Virus record (IMG/VR): IMGVR_UViG_3300046167_000873
Span: 1 to 64,000 of that record
Strand: one strand, 5' to 3'
From: a virus
Length of the DNA stretch: 64,000 nt
Shown here piece by piece: positions 1 to 9,620 of this stretch. The notes beneath the pieces are model-generated. The model worked only from the letters and a program-made list of their open reading frames with translations, was not told where the DNA came from and ran no database searches. Numbering within the stretch: position 1 is the first letter of the stretch; each line of letters begins with the position of its first letter. The position numbers were made by a program, and so were the translations under genes.

Positions 1-275
1 GATTTGCTGATTTTAAGACCTGAAGTAAAAAAGAACCTTGGATTAGTGCTGCCATCAGGCAAAACGACAAGTTGGCTACTTAGTACATTAAGTAATTTGC
101 CGTATATCATACCATCAACAGGATCTGTAATTTGCACAGAATCACCAGGGTTATAATTGACACCTGCTTTTTTATAGGCAAGTTTATTGGGGGTATATGC
201 AACAAAGTCTTTGTCAGCAGCAACAGAAACGTTTTCTTTCTTACGAGGTCTAGAAGTGTTTTCTTTACGAGCCAT
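1..275 (-). CDS. hypothetical protein, runs off the window (MARKENTSRPRKKENVSVAADKDF...)
   Basis: Open frame read manually from ATG at 275 to the window edge; more plausible than the overlapping 107..289 ORF. Confidence 0.6.
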   Translation of the reverse strand, partial: MARKENTSRPRKKENVSVAADKDFVAYTPNKLAYKKAGVNYNPGDSVQITDPVDGMIYGKLLNVLSSQLVVLPDGSTNPRFFFTSGLKISK

Positions 276-333
276 GATATATCTCTCATTTATTTGTTAA
301 ATAAATTATACTCTATAACTCAGAGAAAGTACA

Positions 334-819
334 CTAAAAGATTTTATCAATAATCCGATCAATCTTCTTATTGATCTTTCGCTTTAGCTCGTAATCAGCT
401 TCACGCTTAAATGTGCTGGCGGTGTAACCAAGATATCCTTGCCGACCTTGGTGATCTGTCCTATAGATATTTTGCAGCTCTGCACGATGATCACGGTTAC
501 CGTTTTGATCGTAGATAATCCTACGTCCAGTTCTTGAGTCATACTTTGGCAAACCTGAAAGGTTGATCTGAGAAACAGAAACACCACGCATCTCTACATC
601 ACCGTTCGTACTTCTATTTGAACGTGCCGCTTCAGTTGCTGCAGCCCCTGTTGCTTCAACATTACGTTGAGCAGGTGTAGACGTATCAGTGTAGGTGGAT
701 GGCTGTGAAGCGCAACCCATAAAGTTACTAGCAATGATGATAATAACTCCAACAAATATGCCTTGTATCGCCGAATCCTTCATGCGACTTCCGAGTGTTG
801 TTTCTACATCGTCTTTCAT
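334..819 (-). CDS. putative lipoprotein
   Basis: Hydrophobic stretch followed by lipobox-like NFMG-C; GGAGG upstream of ATG 819. Confidence 0.55.
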   Translation of the reverse strand: MKDDVETTLGSRMKDSAIQGIFVGVIIIIASNFMGCASQPSTYTDTSTPAQRNVEATGAAATEAARSNRSTNGDVEMRGVSVSQINLSGLPKYDSRTGRRIIYDQNGNRDHRAELQNIYRTDHQGRQGYLGYTASTFKREADYELKRKINKKIDRIIDKIF

Positions 820-994
820 TTTAACCTCCAAAAAATGTGAAGTTTACGAAAAAATATACAGCTACCGTTGCGGCCATACTAAGAAATGAAACTACCCAAT
901 CTAAGATAGCTTCACCTGCCTTTAGCGTTCTATCTTTCATTGTAACTTTAGGTTTCTTACCGACACTAAAAGAGTCCTTCATAATTTTATTTCC

Positions 995-1192
995 TCAGAA
1001 GATGAAAGACAGCACAAAGCCGGCAAACAGCATCCACAAAATGGTTTGAAAAATACCTGCTATAATTGCTTTACCTGTAGGCGTTGTTAAAACTTTGAAG
1101 ACACCGTATAGTACGGCACATGCCAAGAAGAACCAAACTCCTATAACAATAAATCCAAAGGTTTCCATATTTGCCATCGCTGCTTCATTCAT
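995..1192 (-). CDS. small two-TM membrane protein
   Basis: Two hydrophobic helices. Confidence 0.6.
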   Translation of the reverse strand: MNEAAMANMETFGFIVIGVWFFLACAVLYGVFKVLTTPTGKAIIAGIFQTILWMLFAGFVLSFIF

Positions 1193-1195
1193 GGT

Positions 1196-1357
1196 TTAGG
1201 TCTCCATGTCTTCATCAGACGATTCAGCAACAGATTCTTGAACTGTTGCAGTTGTTTGAATCTCACTAATAATATCTGTGACTTCTGAGTAAGGGCGAGT
1301 TGCCATATACGCTAAGACACGGTTTACTAAATCAACTGGTAATACTACATTAGCCAT
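1196..1357 (-). CDS. hypothetical protein, 53 aa (MANVVLPVDLVNRVLAYMATRPYSEV...)
   Basis: Manually read ORF with AGGAG SD; below the ORF track cutoff. Confidence 0.6.
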   Translation of the reverse strand: MANVVLPVDLVNRVLAYMATRPYSEVTDIISEIQTTATVQESVAESSDEDMET

Positions 1358-1526
1358 ACTAATCTCCTATCCATTCATCAAGTGCTTTTGCACCGGTTTC
1401 ATCAAATACTGTACATACAGTATAAAGCAGCGTAACTAAGTAGTAAAAAGCATCCCAAACAAGTGCTGGAATAAATACTACTGCGATACGAAGTCCCTTC
1501 AAAAATTTCTTCATTTTCATCCCTAT

Positions 1527-1760
1527 TTATACAATGCAACCGCGTTTATTAATAAATACTGGTAAGCTAGGGCGGTTACACACTTTAATCAAAAGCTCGA
1601 GCTTTTCATTCTGCTTCGCTGTTATGTGAGCTTTGGCTTGCTTAAGAACATCAATACCTACCGAAGACTCAAACTCCTGAATAGCGCTGTAGTCCTCATC
1701 GAGCAGTTCTACTTTGTGGTAGTTTTGCCCGATGCAGTGAACATACGAATAGCATACCAT
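1527..1760 (-). CDS. hypothetical early protein
   Basis: ORF coupled to the upstream ORF stop codon. Confidence 0.55.
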   Translation of the reverse strand: MVCYSYVHCIGQNYHKVELLDEDYSAIQEFESSVGIDVLKQAKAHITAKQNEKLELLIKVCNRPSLPVFINKRGCIV

Positions 1761-1930
1761 TATTTTTCCCTCACATTATGAGTGGCGACACACACAACTT
1801 TATCATCCATACGACCATAGTTAATAACTTTGATTCGCTTTGCAGTAAAACCAACCACAACACCCTCAGCCCAAGCATCACTACCAGCACACTTAACCCA
1901 AACTTTATCACCAACCCAATATTTAAACAT
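1760..1930 (-). CDS. small SH3-like early protein (MFKYWVGDKVWVK...)
   Basis: True start is the ATG after the repeated AAGAGAGAA SD; beta-rich GDxVxV pattern. Confidence 0.6.
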   Translation of the reverse strand: MFKYWVGDKVWVKCAGSDAWAEGVVVGFTAKRIKVINYGRMDDKVVCVATHNVREK

Positions 1931-2012
1931 AATCTTCTCTCTTTTCAAGTGGTTGCTCATTTGATGGAACCATTCTACTATAGCTTTCATTAAAAGTAAA
2001 CACTTTTTTTAA
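1931..2012 (-). promoter_or_regulatory. early promoter/leader cassette, copy 1
   Basis: A-tract, GTTTACT (-35 at 1995-2000), 17 bp spacer, TAGAAT (1972-1977), GGTTCCATCAAATGAGCAACC leader, AAGAGAGAA SD. Confidence 0.85.
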
Positions 2013-2022
2013 AAAAATAATA

Positions 2023-2265
2023 TTATCCTCGCTCTAACACTACGCGCCGGTGAAGTGGAGCTAGATTAAGAAACTTGTGAACTCTCTCGGCTTGCTTTGC
2101 GCAGGCTTTGTCGATTAAATCAATTTCACGCTGGGTAAGAGGTGTCATGTCACACAAGACACTTTTCTCTTGCCACGTCCACCAGTTGCTGATGCCTAGA
2201 TCAGAGATGATTAACTTTGCTGCTTCATTAGGCGTAAGTGTTGCTCCGAATAAATGCTTGATCAT
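2023..2265 (-). CDS. hypothetical early protein
   Basis: ATG after the cassette SD (the MKRENI prefix is cassette sequence). Confidence 0.6.
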   Translation of the reverse strand: MIKHLFGATLTPNEAAKLIISDLGISNWWTWQEKSVLCDMTPLTQREIDLIDKACAKQAERVHKFLNLAPLHRRVVLERG

Positions 2266-2350
2266 AATATTTTCTCTCTTCAATTAAGTGTTTGCTCATT
2301 TGATGTAACCATTCTATAGCGGTTTTCATGAAAAGTAAACACTTTTTTTA
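2266..2350 (-). promoter_or_regulatory. early promoter/leader cassette, copy 2
   Basis: GTTTACT-17-TAGAAT plus conserved leader and SD. Confidence 0.85.
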
Positions 2351-2368
2351 AAAAGAATTTAAACTACC

Positions 2369-2448
2369 CCTCCACAAATAAGTACACTAGCCACTTTATC
2401 AGATGTGTTCCAAACTTAATTGGACACTAGTGTACTTATTGGTGGAGG
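2369..2448. repeat. 22-bp near-perfect inverted repeat with a structured loop
   Basis: cctccac-a-aataagtacactag (2369-2390) pairs with ctagtgtacttatt-g-gtggagg (2427-2448). Confidence 0.85.
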
Positions 2449-2466
2449 TGCTATGTGGTGTTGGTA

Positions 2467-2760
2467 CTACTTGAGGCCGTGTTCCTTGTCATGAATATAA
2501 AGTTGAAATAAAGCATAGTGCATTACTTTAACCAGATCCTTACGCCACTCATCAGGACCATCACCTTTCTCACCGTACCTGTCTTTGTACTTTTGTAGAT
2601 TGCCCATACAGAAACCAGTACCATGACCATCTCGAATAATAGACTCAAGTGTCTGCTTACCATTCTTTGCATAGTGCTGATCGTACGTACTGTCAATGTA
2701 TTTTTTGAACTCAGCAAGTAGTTCACCTTCACGAAACTTATAATCTATATCATCACTCAT
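2467..2760 (-). CDS. DUF3310 family (T7 gp1.7 nucleotide kinase-like) protein
   Basis: HY...GFCMGN..KY..RYG.K....DL.K..HY pattern. Confidence 0.75.
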   Translation of the reverse strand: MSDDIDYKFREGELLAEFKKYIDSTYDQHYAKNGKQTLESIIRDGHGTGFCMGNLQKYKDRYGEKGDGPDEWRKDLVKVMHYALFQLYIHDKEHGLK

Positions 2761-3364
2761 AATAATCCTTATGCTCCCCATTAAATTTAAATGAACACGG
2801 TGCTTTAATTGTCATTTGTGTATCTTCACACTCATGATCCGCTGTGTTTGGTAGTACTGTATGAACAAATAGTTGGTGGTAGTGCACACCCGAATATTGG
2901 TCTCTATGGTGTGTATTCCATCCGCTGTATATAACACCATCGCCTGGATCTGTTAAAAAGCCTTGGTATTTTTTCTTGCCGTAATCCCACACATAAATCG
3001 GCCACTCATCACCAATTTGATTAATATTGAATGACAATGAAATAGAACAACAAGGCCTATCGGTATGCGGGGTTAAAAAGTCACCATTATTGTACACGCT
3101 ACTGAACCAATATGTCAGTATTAAATCAGGGTGGATATACGTTTTCATTTGCTCGAATAACTCTAAAGCAAGCTCCTTCAATACTGGCGGTTTATGGACC
3201 TGTATTGCTTTGCCTACAGTCCAATCATCAGATGGTTCAGCTTTTTGTTCATCTAACCACTTTAGGTGTTGTTCATCGATATGCAACAACCTTTCTCGGT
3301 CTTTAATCATGCCTTGTATTTTGCATTGATTAAGATCCACGTAGTCGTGTAATTCCGTAATCAT
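2753..3364 (-). CDS. 2OG-Fe(II) oxygenase
   Basis: L.PHTDRP HxD motif, PGDGVIYSG, distal H.R. Confidence 0.75.
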   Translation of the reverse strand: MITELHDYVDLNQCKIQGMIKDRERLLHIDEQHLKWLDEQKAEPSDDWTVGKAIQVHKPPVLKELALELFEQMKTYIHPDLILTYWFSSVYNNGDFLTPHTDRPCCSISLSFNINQIGDEWPIYVWDYGKKKYQGFLTDPGDGVIYSGWNTHHRDQYSGVHYHQLFVHTVLPNTADHECEDTQMTIKAPCSFKFNGEHKDYYE

Positions 3365-3365
3365 A

Positions 3366-3563
3366 TTAGTCTATCTCTTGTATATCCACGATAGTCGCTT
3401 TAATAATATCTTCATATGTTCCATTGTCTTTTAATAGAATATATCGATCGCTCTGTGAACATGAATTATATATTACCTTATGACCGCTAACTTCAAGAAG
3501 TTTTCCAGTCTTCCAGTGCTTAAACTTTACCTTTATTTTTTGCTCGCTATTTAAATGCATCAA
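3366..3563 (-). CDS. hypothetical protein
   Basis: ORF overlapping the gp41 stop. Confidence 0.55.
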   Translation of the reverse strand: MMHLNSEQKIKVKFKHWKTGKLLEVSGHKVIYNSCSQSDRYILLKDNGTYEDIIKATIVDIQEID

Positions 3564-4950
3564 ATATACCCTTATCTATCTTCTCTGATTTTAAGCCTGC
3601 ACCGAATGCTGTATTATCCATAACTGGGCCAGTATCTTGAAATGATTCTGACATCTCAGGTTGATACTCTGCATCAAATAATTTCATTTTTGATCTGTCG
3701 ATACCCACCGTAAACTTTCTGTAGACGTCAGTGGGTCCGTATCTGTTTTTGAGTTGTTTGATTTTAAGTTGTCCGAGCTCTTCGAGTTCTTCTGAAGATA
3801 TAGCGGCAAACATAAAGTCGGCCGTGGCGGGCAACCCGAAGGATTCTGATGTATTTGTGAGGTCGACGTCCGAAGACGAGTAGCCCTCTCTATTTGTTTG
3901 CGTTGCTGTAAAGATCGGTAAGTTAAATTCAACGGCGAGTCCCCTTAATTCTTCTGCAATATTTTTAATTATAGTATAGCTGTTTGCAGTACTACCAGCT
4001 CTTATTCTCGATGAATTACAAAGGTTAATGTAATCGATATAAACTATATCAGGAGTAAAGTCTTTCTTAATTTTAAGCTCATTAAGTAGATGCCTGAAAT
4101 GACCTGCGTTGACGCTAGATGTAGGATATTCCTTAACGATAAGTTTTCCAGTTGTTTTATCTCTGATCTTCTTCATTTTTTTATTGTACGAATCATATGG
4201 TAATACTTCAAGATCATCTAAAGCTATATCTAAAAGATTTGCATCAATACGTTCTGAAATACGTTCTTCTGCCATTTCCAAAGTGATATATAAAACATTG
4301 CTACCAGCCATAAGATTTGCAGCAGCAAAATGACACATCATCAATGACTTACCGACTGCTGTACCAGCAAGAATAACATTTAAAGTTTTTCTTGGTATAC
4401 CGTTCCTTGTAATAACATTGAATAATTCTAAGTCAAATGGTATTCTTTCAATTTTTTGATGATAGAAGTCGTAGCGTTCATCACTATCTTCTAAGAAATC
4501 GTGACCGATAGACGTATCAAATGACACGCTTAAAGCTTTACTTAATATTTCAGGTAGCGCTCCACGTTCTTTGTCAGACTTCCCATCAATGACTTTTATA
4601 GATTCCATGATTGCATTGTAAATGGCTTTATCTTGTATATACTTTTCAGATACTTCCATTAACCAATCGAAATCTTGAGTTATATCTTCTTTTGCAATCG
4701 AAACAAGAAACTTAACTGTGTCTTTGTATAAACCATCATTTATTTCTAAGTCGTCAAGCTCAACTTTACAAGCCGACGGCGTTATGCACTTATTAAATTT
4801 CTCAAAGTAGTTTGTAACTAAATTATATACAATCTTTTCTTCGGGTTTTGCAAAATATTCTTCCTTTAAGAATGGAATTATGTGTCTAACATACACTTCA
4901 TTTTTAAATAAATTGGTGAATATAGTTTGTTCAATTGTTATCGATTGCAT
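3547..4950 (-). CDS. gp41: replicative DNA helicase (T4 gp41-like)
   Basis: Walker A AGTAVGKS, YITLEMAEE, IDYINL, ATQTNR, SESFGLPATADF. Confidence 0.97.
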   Translation of the reverse strand: MQSITIEQTIFTNLFKNEVYVRHIIPFLKEEYFAKPEEKIVYNLVTNYFEKFNKCITPSACKVELDDLEINDGLYKDTVKFLVSIAKEDITQDFDWLMEVSEKYIQDKAIYNAIMESIKVIDGKSDKERGALPEILSKALSVSFDTSIGHDFLEDSDERYDFYHQKIERIPFDLELFNVITRNGIPRKTLNVILAGTAVGKSLMMCHFAAANLMAGSNVLYITLEMAEERISERIDANLLDIALDDLEVLPYDSYNKKMKKIRDKTTGKLIVKEYPTSSVNAGHFRHLLNELKIKKDFTPDIVYIDYINLCNSSRIRAGSTANSYTIIKNIAEELRGLAVEFNLPIFTATQTNREGYSSSDVDLTNTSESFGLPATADFMFAAISSEELEELGQLKIKQLKNRYGPTDVYRKFTVGIDRSKMKLFDAEYQPEMSESFQDTGPVMDNTAFGAGLKSEKIDKGIFDAFK

Positions 4951-5525
4951 TTAATATTCTCTTTCATTTCTTGTACGAGTTTATATGGATGTCTATGTTG
5001 CATAGTCATTTGTGGTATTTCAATGTGTTGAGGAAGCTCCATTATATGCCAGATCATATCGTGTACTTGTTCCCATGTACAACCTGGAATTCCATCTTCA
5101 TCTTCATTATCTTTAGTCTCAAAATCGTGCCCTGTTATGTATCCCAGATTGAGCGTGGTGATACGGCATTTAACCTTTGAGTTGTATGTTAGGCTGTTTG
5201 ACATATGATCCAGAGCGGCTTTCTGAGCGCCGTAGATATGATCTTGTGAGAGGTTTGGGAATGCAGCTCTTGAAGAAATATTAATAATGAGTTTTTCTGG
5301 ATTGTCTGCCCATGCATTGGCCAGTTTTTCCAGTATAAGCACTTGATCAATATCACGGTGAGCCTGATTAATGAATACCTCCCATGGGTAATCATCATAA
5401 TCTTTCATCCTTAGTACATCTGCAATTCGTAAATAATCTGGATACATTCCACTAAATGTATAACCAATCCCGCCACAGCCTGTAATACCTATACTGCCAG
5501 ATCTATTATATTGCTCAGGAACCAT
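4938..5525 (-). CDS. short-chain dehydrogenase/reductase-like protein
   Basis: ITGCGGIG, IINISS, YGAQK (YxxxK). Confidence 0.75.
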   Translation of the reverse strand: MVPEQYNRSGSIGITGCGGIGYTFSGMYPDYLRIADVLRMKDYDDYPWEVFINQAHRDIDQVLILEKLANAWADNPEKLIINISSRAAFPNLSQDHIYGAQKAALDHMSNSLTYNSKVKCRITTLNLGYITGHDFETKDNEDEDGIPGCTWEQVHDMIWHIMELPQHIEIPQMTMQHRHPYKLVQEMKENIKCNR

Positions 5526-6393
5526 TTAATATCTCCATTGATTTTCTTCCAAATAAATTACCTTTGACCGAACACTTGTTGCATGGTGATTTAGATCGGT
5601 CGCCACTTCCTAAACGATTTCTGATTTTTTTCATTTCTTTAGATAACCATACATCTTTCACTGATTGTTGAATAAGATTTCCAACAACAATTTCTTTGCC
5701 CCAATCGTTAGAGCAGAATAAAACATCGCCATTCCAATCTACGAACATTTTGTAGAATGGATAATAACAAGGCGTACCTTCTAGTTCTTTAACAGTGGCT
5801 TCGTCATCGCCTAACCAATCAATGTTTCCCCCACGGTTGTTTAGATGCAAACCATAATCGTCTTGAGAATAATGTGCTCTATAACTCCACTTAGATGCAT
5901 CAACGTCTTGCATAACAGTATCAAAGTGGAGTTGTTGATGTAAACCATCATATAAGTTTATGTACAAAAAATCAAGTCCATAGTTGTATAGTCTTTCAAC
6001 AACGCTCGGATCTAACCGATCACCATTCGTATTACATTCTAAAGTTGCTTTTGGTAAACATATTCTAAAGGCCCTGATAATCTCATCAAATTGAGGATTC
6101 AATAAGTTTTCACTATAACCAGAAAATGAGATTTTACCACTATAATCTATTTCTGCTAGATTTTCTGCAATATACATTGCACCCATCACAGTCATATTTA
6201 AATTACGGTTAGGATATACTTTAGGATCATGTCTTGGGCAGAATACACATGTGCGGTTACACAACTCTGTCGTATTAATTTCAACAGTAAGAATAGAGCT
6301 AAGTGGATCTGTTAAATCCACTTTTTCGAAATGCTCTGACTCTTGCTGTTTCCTATAGTCTAAGAAAGAATCTTTATCCTGCAATGAAGTCAT
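5515..6393 (-). CDS. radical SAM protein with SPASM/twitch domain
   Basis: CNRTCVFC (CxxxCxxC); C-terminal PCYYP..DWNGDV.FC..GNL..PCNKC. Confidence 0.9.
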   Translation of the reverse strand: MTSLQDKDSFLDYRKQQESEHFEKVDLTDPLSSILTVEINTTELCNRTCVFCPRHDPKVYPNRNLNMTVMGAMYIAENLAEIDYSGKISFSGYSENLLNPQFDEIIRAFRICLPKATLECNTNGDRLDPSVVERLYNYGLDFLYINLYDGLHQQLHFDTVMQDVDASKWSYRAHYSQDDYGLHLNNRGGNIDWLGDDEATVKELEGTPCYYPFYKMFVDWNGDVLFCSNDWGKEIVVGNLIQQSVKDVWLSKEMKKIRNRLGSGDRSKSPCNKCSVKGNLFGRKSMEILNGS

Positions 6394-7429
6394 CTATTTC
6401 ATCATCTTCTATAATAGATCCTCGAGCAACAGTATATGTTTTTTCTACATAGTCAGCAAATGCCTTGCTGTTAAGTATTTCATTCCAAAACGTAGGATTG
6501 TTTGTTTCTTTAGCACGAAACTTCTTTTCATCTACTTCACCGCTTTCTGTGTTGACTTTTGAATACCAACCGTTTGATGGTTTAATGACAAATCCACCCG
6601 CCATCGCTATCTCAAGTAAACCTGACCATTTATTGATACCATGTTCTTTCGTAACATTAACTGGTATCTTTGATTTCTCTAATGCGTAACGTGATTTTTC
6701 TACATTGATAATAAAGTTATATCCAACAACGTCTTTGCCTTCTTTCTCTTGCTGACGACCAATGATATAGATGTTATCAGCGCTGTAGTAAACACCAGTT
6801 CCACCTGATACAACAGACTTTGAATACATTTCCATTGTTTGGTATGTATGGTTCACAACAACCATAGGAATATCTTTCAATGATAGTATTGGTGTAGCGA
6901 TACGGAAAAGTGATTTTAATATTTTTGCACGAGTCATATCAGCAGCACTATTACCTTCTTCTGCATCTTTAATTTCTTTTGCTGACGCAAGGTTTCCTAC
7001 TGAATCAACAACAATAATAACCTTATCCTTTTTATCAATTGCATTTAATTGATTGGATAGATCAGTTCTTAGTTGTTCAATATTTGTGATTGGGGTATGG
7101 ATGACGCGTTCCATATCAATACCAAAAGATTCGAAGTATGCTGGTGGTGTTCCAAATTCAGAATCATAGAAAAGCATCACGCCATCTTTGTGTTTGTCAA
7201 GATACGCCTTTGCCATTAAAAGACTAAACATTGTTTTGAAATGCTTTGACGGACCTGCCCAGATGGTAAGTCCAGATGTAAGACCACCAGTGAGTGTACC
7301 AGACAAAGCAATGTTTACTGCTGGTACATCTGTTAGGATATTGTCTTTGCCGTTAAAGACATCTGATTCTAGTATTGGTGCAGTTTCTTTGATAGTAGTA
7401 CTGGCAGTCAACTTCTTAAGTAAGCTCAT
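6374..7429 (-). CDS. uvsX: RecA-like recombinase UvsX
   Basis: AGPSKHFKT, FYDSEFG, DSVGNLAS, DMTRAK, VSGGTG. Confidence 0.97.
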   Translation of the reverse strand: MSLLKKLTASTTIKETAPILESDVFNGKDNILTDVPAVNIALSGTLTGGLTSGLTIWAGPSKHFKTMFSLLMAKAYLDKHKDGVMLFYDSEFGTPPAYFESFGIDMERVIHTPITNIEQLRTDLSNQLNAIDKKDKVIIVVDSVGNLASAKEIKDAEEGNSAADMTRAKILKSLFRIATPILSLKDIPMVVVNHTYQTMEMYSKSVVSGGTGVYYSADNIYIIGRQQEKEGKDVVGYNFIINVEKSRYALEKSKIPVNVTKEHGINKWSGLLEIAMAGGFVIKPSNGWYSKVNTESGEVDEKKFRAKETNNPTFWNEILNSKAFADYVEKTYTVARGSIIEDDEIDDFIAG

Positions 7430-7489
7430 TCACTTTCTCCAATAAATGTGTATTGCTAATCATATAATGTTTTAGGTATTTTGTAAACT

Positions 7490-8380
7490 TTAAACGCTAA
7501 GGGCCGGATACGTTTGTGAAATTAGTTCAGACAAGAATTTGTCGCTTTCTTTGTTTTTCTCTTGTTCCTCAAACCAACCTAGTTTTGAAAGAGTAATCGG
7601 AAGATTAATAATAATCGCATGGGTTCCATAGGCCTCACATAAAAGTTGGTACCATGCAGGTTCACTAAATTGTAATCGTTTTGTATCGTATAAGTTCATT
7701 AGTATATTATAGTCAATCATATCTGCCCGATGCATAAGAAGAAAATCACGGCATAAGCTACTATCTACTGAATTGCCTTGGTGGCTAAATTCCATAATAG
7801 GTTGTTTTGAATATATTTGGCTACCTGTTCTTGGATAACGATGGAAACCAATTGGCCTTCTTTCTCTATAGCAAAGTTCTGCTAATTCATAAACCCATCT
7901 TTTTAAGAATCCTTCATCAAGCAAAGTATCATATCGCATACGAATTACAACATCATGTTCTGGCTTGACAAAATCACGACAAGTCATTGCGTGAATAATA
8001 AGCTGTTTTTGTTGTTTACGGAACCACGTCCTTTTTGTGACGTTGTCTTCCATTTGTCGCATTATTTCATTTTCAGTATTTAAATTATCCTCGGCGTATT
8101 CTTTAAGTTTTTTAATTGCACTAGGATCTTTTTTTCGAAGTTTGCGCAGCTGCTCAATATCATGAAGTATTTGTTTTTTACCGGGATTATATGTCATTGG
8201 AGGGGTTTTATATCTTCGGTTTGTAAAAGCATTATACGGCTGATCTTCCCATGTCGTGAATGCATAATCAGCATCAGGTAAAATGCTTTTCATTGTCATA
8301 ATGTTTTCTTCGACAGAAGTCAATGTTTCAAATCCATCATTGTTTGGTATTGCACCAGAAACACATACTATTATTTTCAT
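7490..8380 (-). CDS. putative glycosyltransferase-like protein (GT-A/WavE-like)
   Basis: N-terminal KIIVCVSG strand, FTTWED, DVVIRMRYD motif; next to a nucleotidyltransferase. Confidence 0.45.
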   Translation of the reverse strand: MKIIVCVSGAIPNNDGFETLTSVEENIMTMKSILPDADYAFTTWEDQPYNAFTNRRYKTPPMTYNPGKKQILHDIEQLRKLRKKDPSAIKKLKEYAEDNLNTENEIMRQMEDNVTKRTWFRKQQKQLIIHAMTCRDFVKPEHDVVIRMRYDTLLDEGFLKRWVYELAELCYRERRPIGFHRYPRTGSQIYSKQPIMEFSHQGNSVDSSLCRDFLLMHRADMIDYNILMNLYDTKRLQFSEPAWYQLLCEAYGTHAIIINLPITLSKLGWFEEQEKNKESDKFLSELISQTYPALSV

Positions 8381-8850
8381 GTTGCACCTGCGTTAGATTT
8401 CAATCTTAGATAAACCTCTGCGTCATCAGTACATACACCGCTAAACTTACTTGTATCAAAATAGTGGTTTGGCATAACGCTAATCGATTTTCTTGTGTTA
8501 AATGGTACATCACAACCAGGATATGCCCATATCCAACCCTTTGATGTGATAGTATATTGATCTGTCTCATGCCAAAAGTAGTGTAAATCTAGTACGTCAT
8601 TCTGAAGAGCACACATTGCTTCAATATTCTTGCAGTGTAACCACAAAAAGTTTGATCTGAGTATTAGCCACTGCTTAGAAACATTGTGTTGTGCCGTATC
8701 ATGGCCTAGATACCATTCACCATCAATAAATCTCACATCCACTTCTACGTTTAATGAATGCTCAGCAATGCAGCGATCGATTTGCGTTGGGTGGTTTTCA
8801 AGTGGTGGATCAGAACCTTCTGTGTTACCGCGGTGTGAAATAATCAGCAT
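8377..8850 (-). CDS. PLC-like/GDPD-like phosphodiesterase
   Basis: IISHRGN, EN, VEVDVR, LGHD, LHCKN. Confidence 0.75.
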   Translation of the reverse strand: MLIISHRGNTEGSDPPLENHPTQIDRCIAEHSLNVEVDVRFIDGEWYLGHDTAQHNVSKQWLILRSNFLWLHCKNIEAMCALQNDVLDLHYFWHETDQYTITSKGWIWAYPGCDVPFNTRKSISVMPNHYFDTSKFSGVCTDDAEVYLRLKSNAGAT

Positions 8851-9617
8851 ATACTTTCCTCATAATTAAATAACTCTTCTGGAGTCCCAATAAGATGAAC
8901 ATTTCCATTCTGCTCGTTTAAATCATATGCTACAAACTTATGACCATCATTGAGAGCTTCAGTATATACCGGGCACATGTAATACTCACCGTTAACTTTC
9001 GTTTCTGGCTTTTTAATCATTTGATTGGCGTATCGATAAAAGTCAGATCCGTGCTTCCAATAATATAATCCTGCAGTTGCATTATCACTAATCAGCTGCT
9101 TCTCTGCAACTTCAGTAATTAAACCATTCTCTATTTTTGCGTATGATGCACCTGGATTATCTGATTTGAACGTGATCATACCACCACTCAATCCTGGCCG
9201 AGATACATACTGTAAAAAATGTTCTGCATTCCAATCTTCCATAAGTTGATCACAGTTAACAAATAATACTGGCCAATCACTATTGATCAAGTGACCTGAT
9301 AGCAAAGCAGTACATGCTGCACCATCGGTCACTTGATCAATATCAACAATATCATAATGTGAACAACTTTTTTCAAATATGTTGTCATATTCTCTTTTAT
9401 AACGGTGATAATTTCGAGTTATAAAAACATAGTGTCCATCAATTGATAAGCTTTCAATAACAGCCCGAAGCATTATATCTTGTTCTTTATATATTGATTT
9501 AAATTCAATCAATGGCTTTGGAAAATCAAACCTTCTTTCTCCGCCTTCGTCTTTGTAATTAGAAAACCTACTACCTCTACCGGCCATAGGTATTACAACG
9601 TTCATTCTCAAACTCAT
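8844..9617 (-). CDS. sugar-phosphate nucleotidyltransferase (NTP_transferase family)
   Basis: NVVIPMAGRGSRF, PKPLI, NCDQ, EVAEK, NGEYY, IGTPEEL. Confidence 0.85.
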   Translation of the reverse strand: MSLRMNVVIPMAGRGSRFSNYKDEGGERRFDFPKPLIEFKSIYKEQDIMLRAVIESLSIDGHYVFITRNYHRYKREYDNIFEKSCSHYDIVDIDQVTDGAACTALLSGHLINSDWPVLFVNCDQLMEDWNAEHFLQYVSRPGLSGGMITFKSDNPGASYAKIENGLITEVAEKQLISDNATAGLYYWKHGSDFYRYANQMIKKPETKVNGEYYMCPVYTEALNDGHKFVAYDLNEQNGNVHLIGTPEELFNYEESIC

Positions 9618-9620
9618 ACT

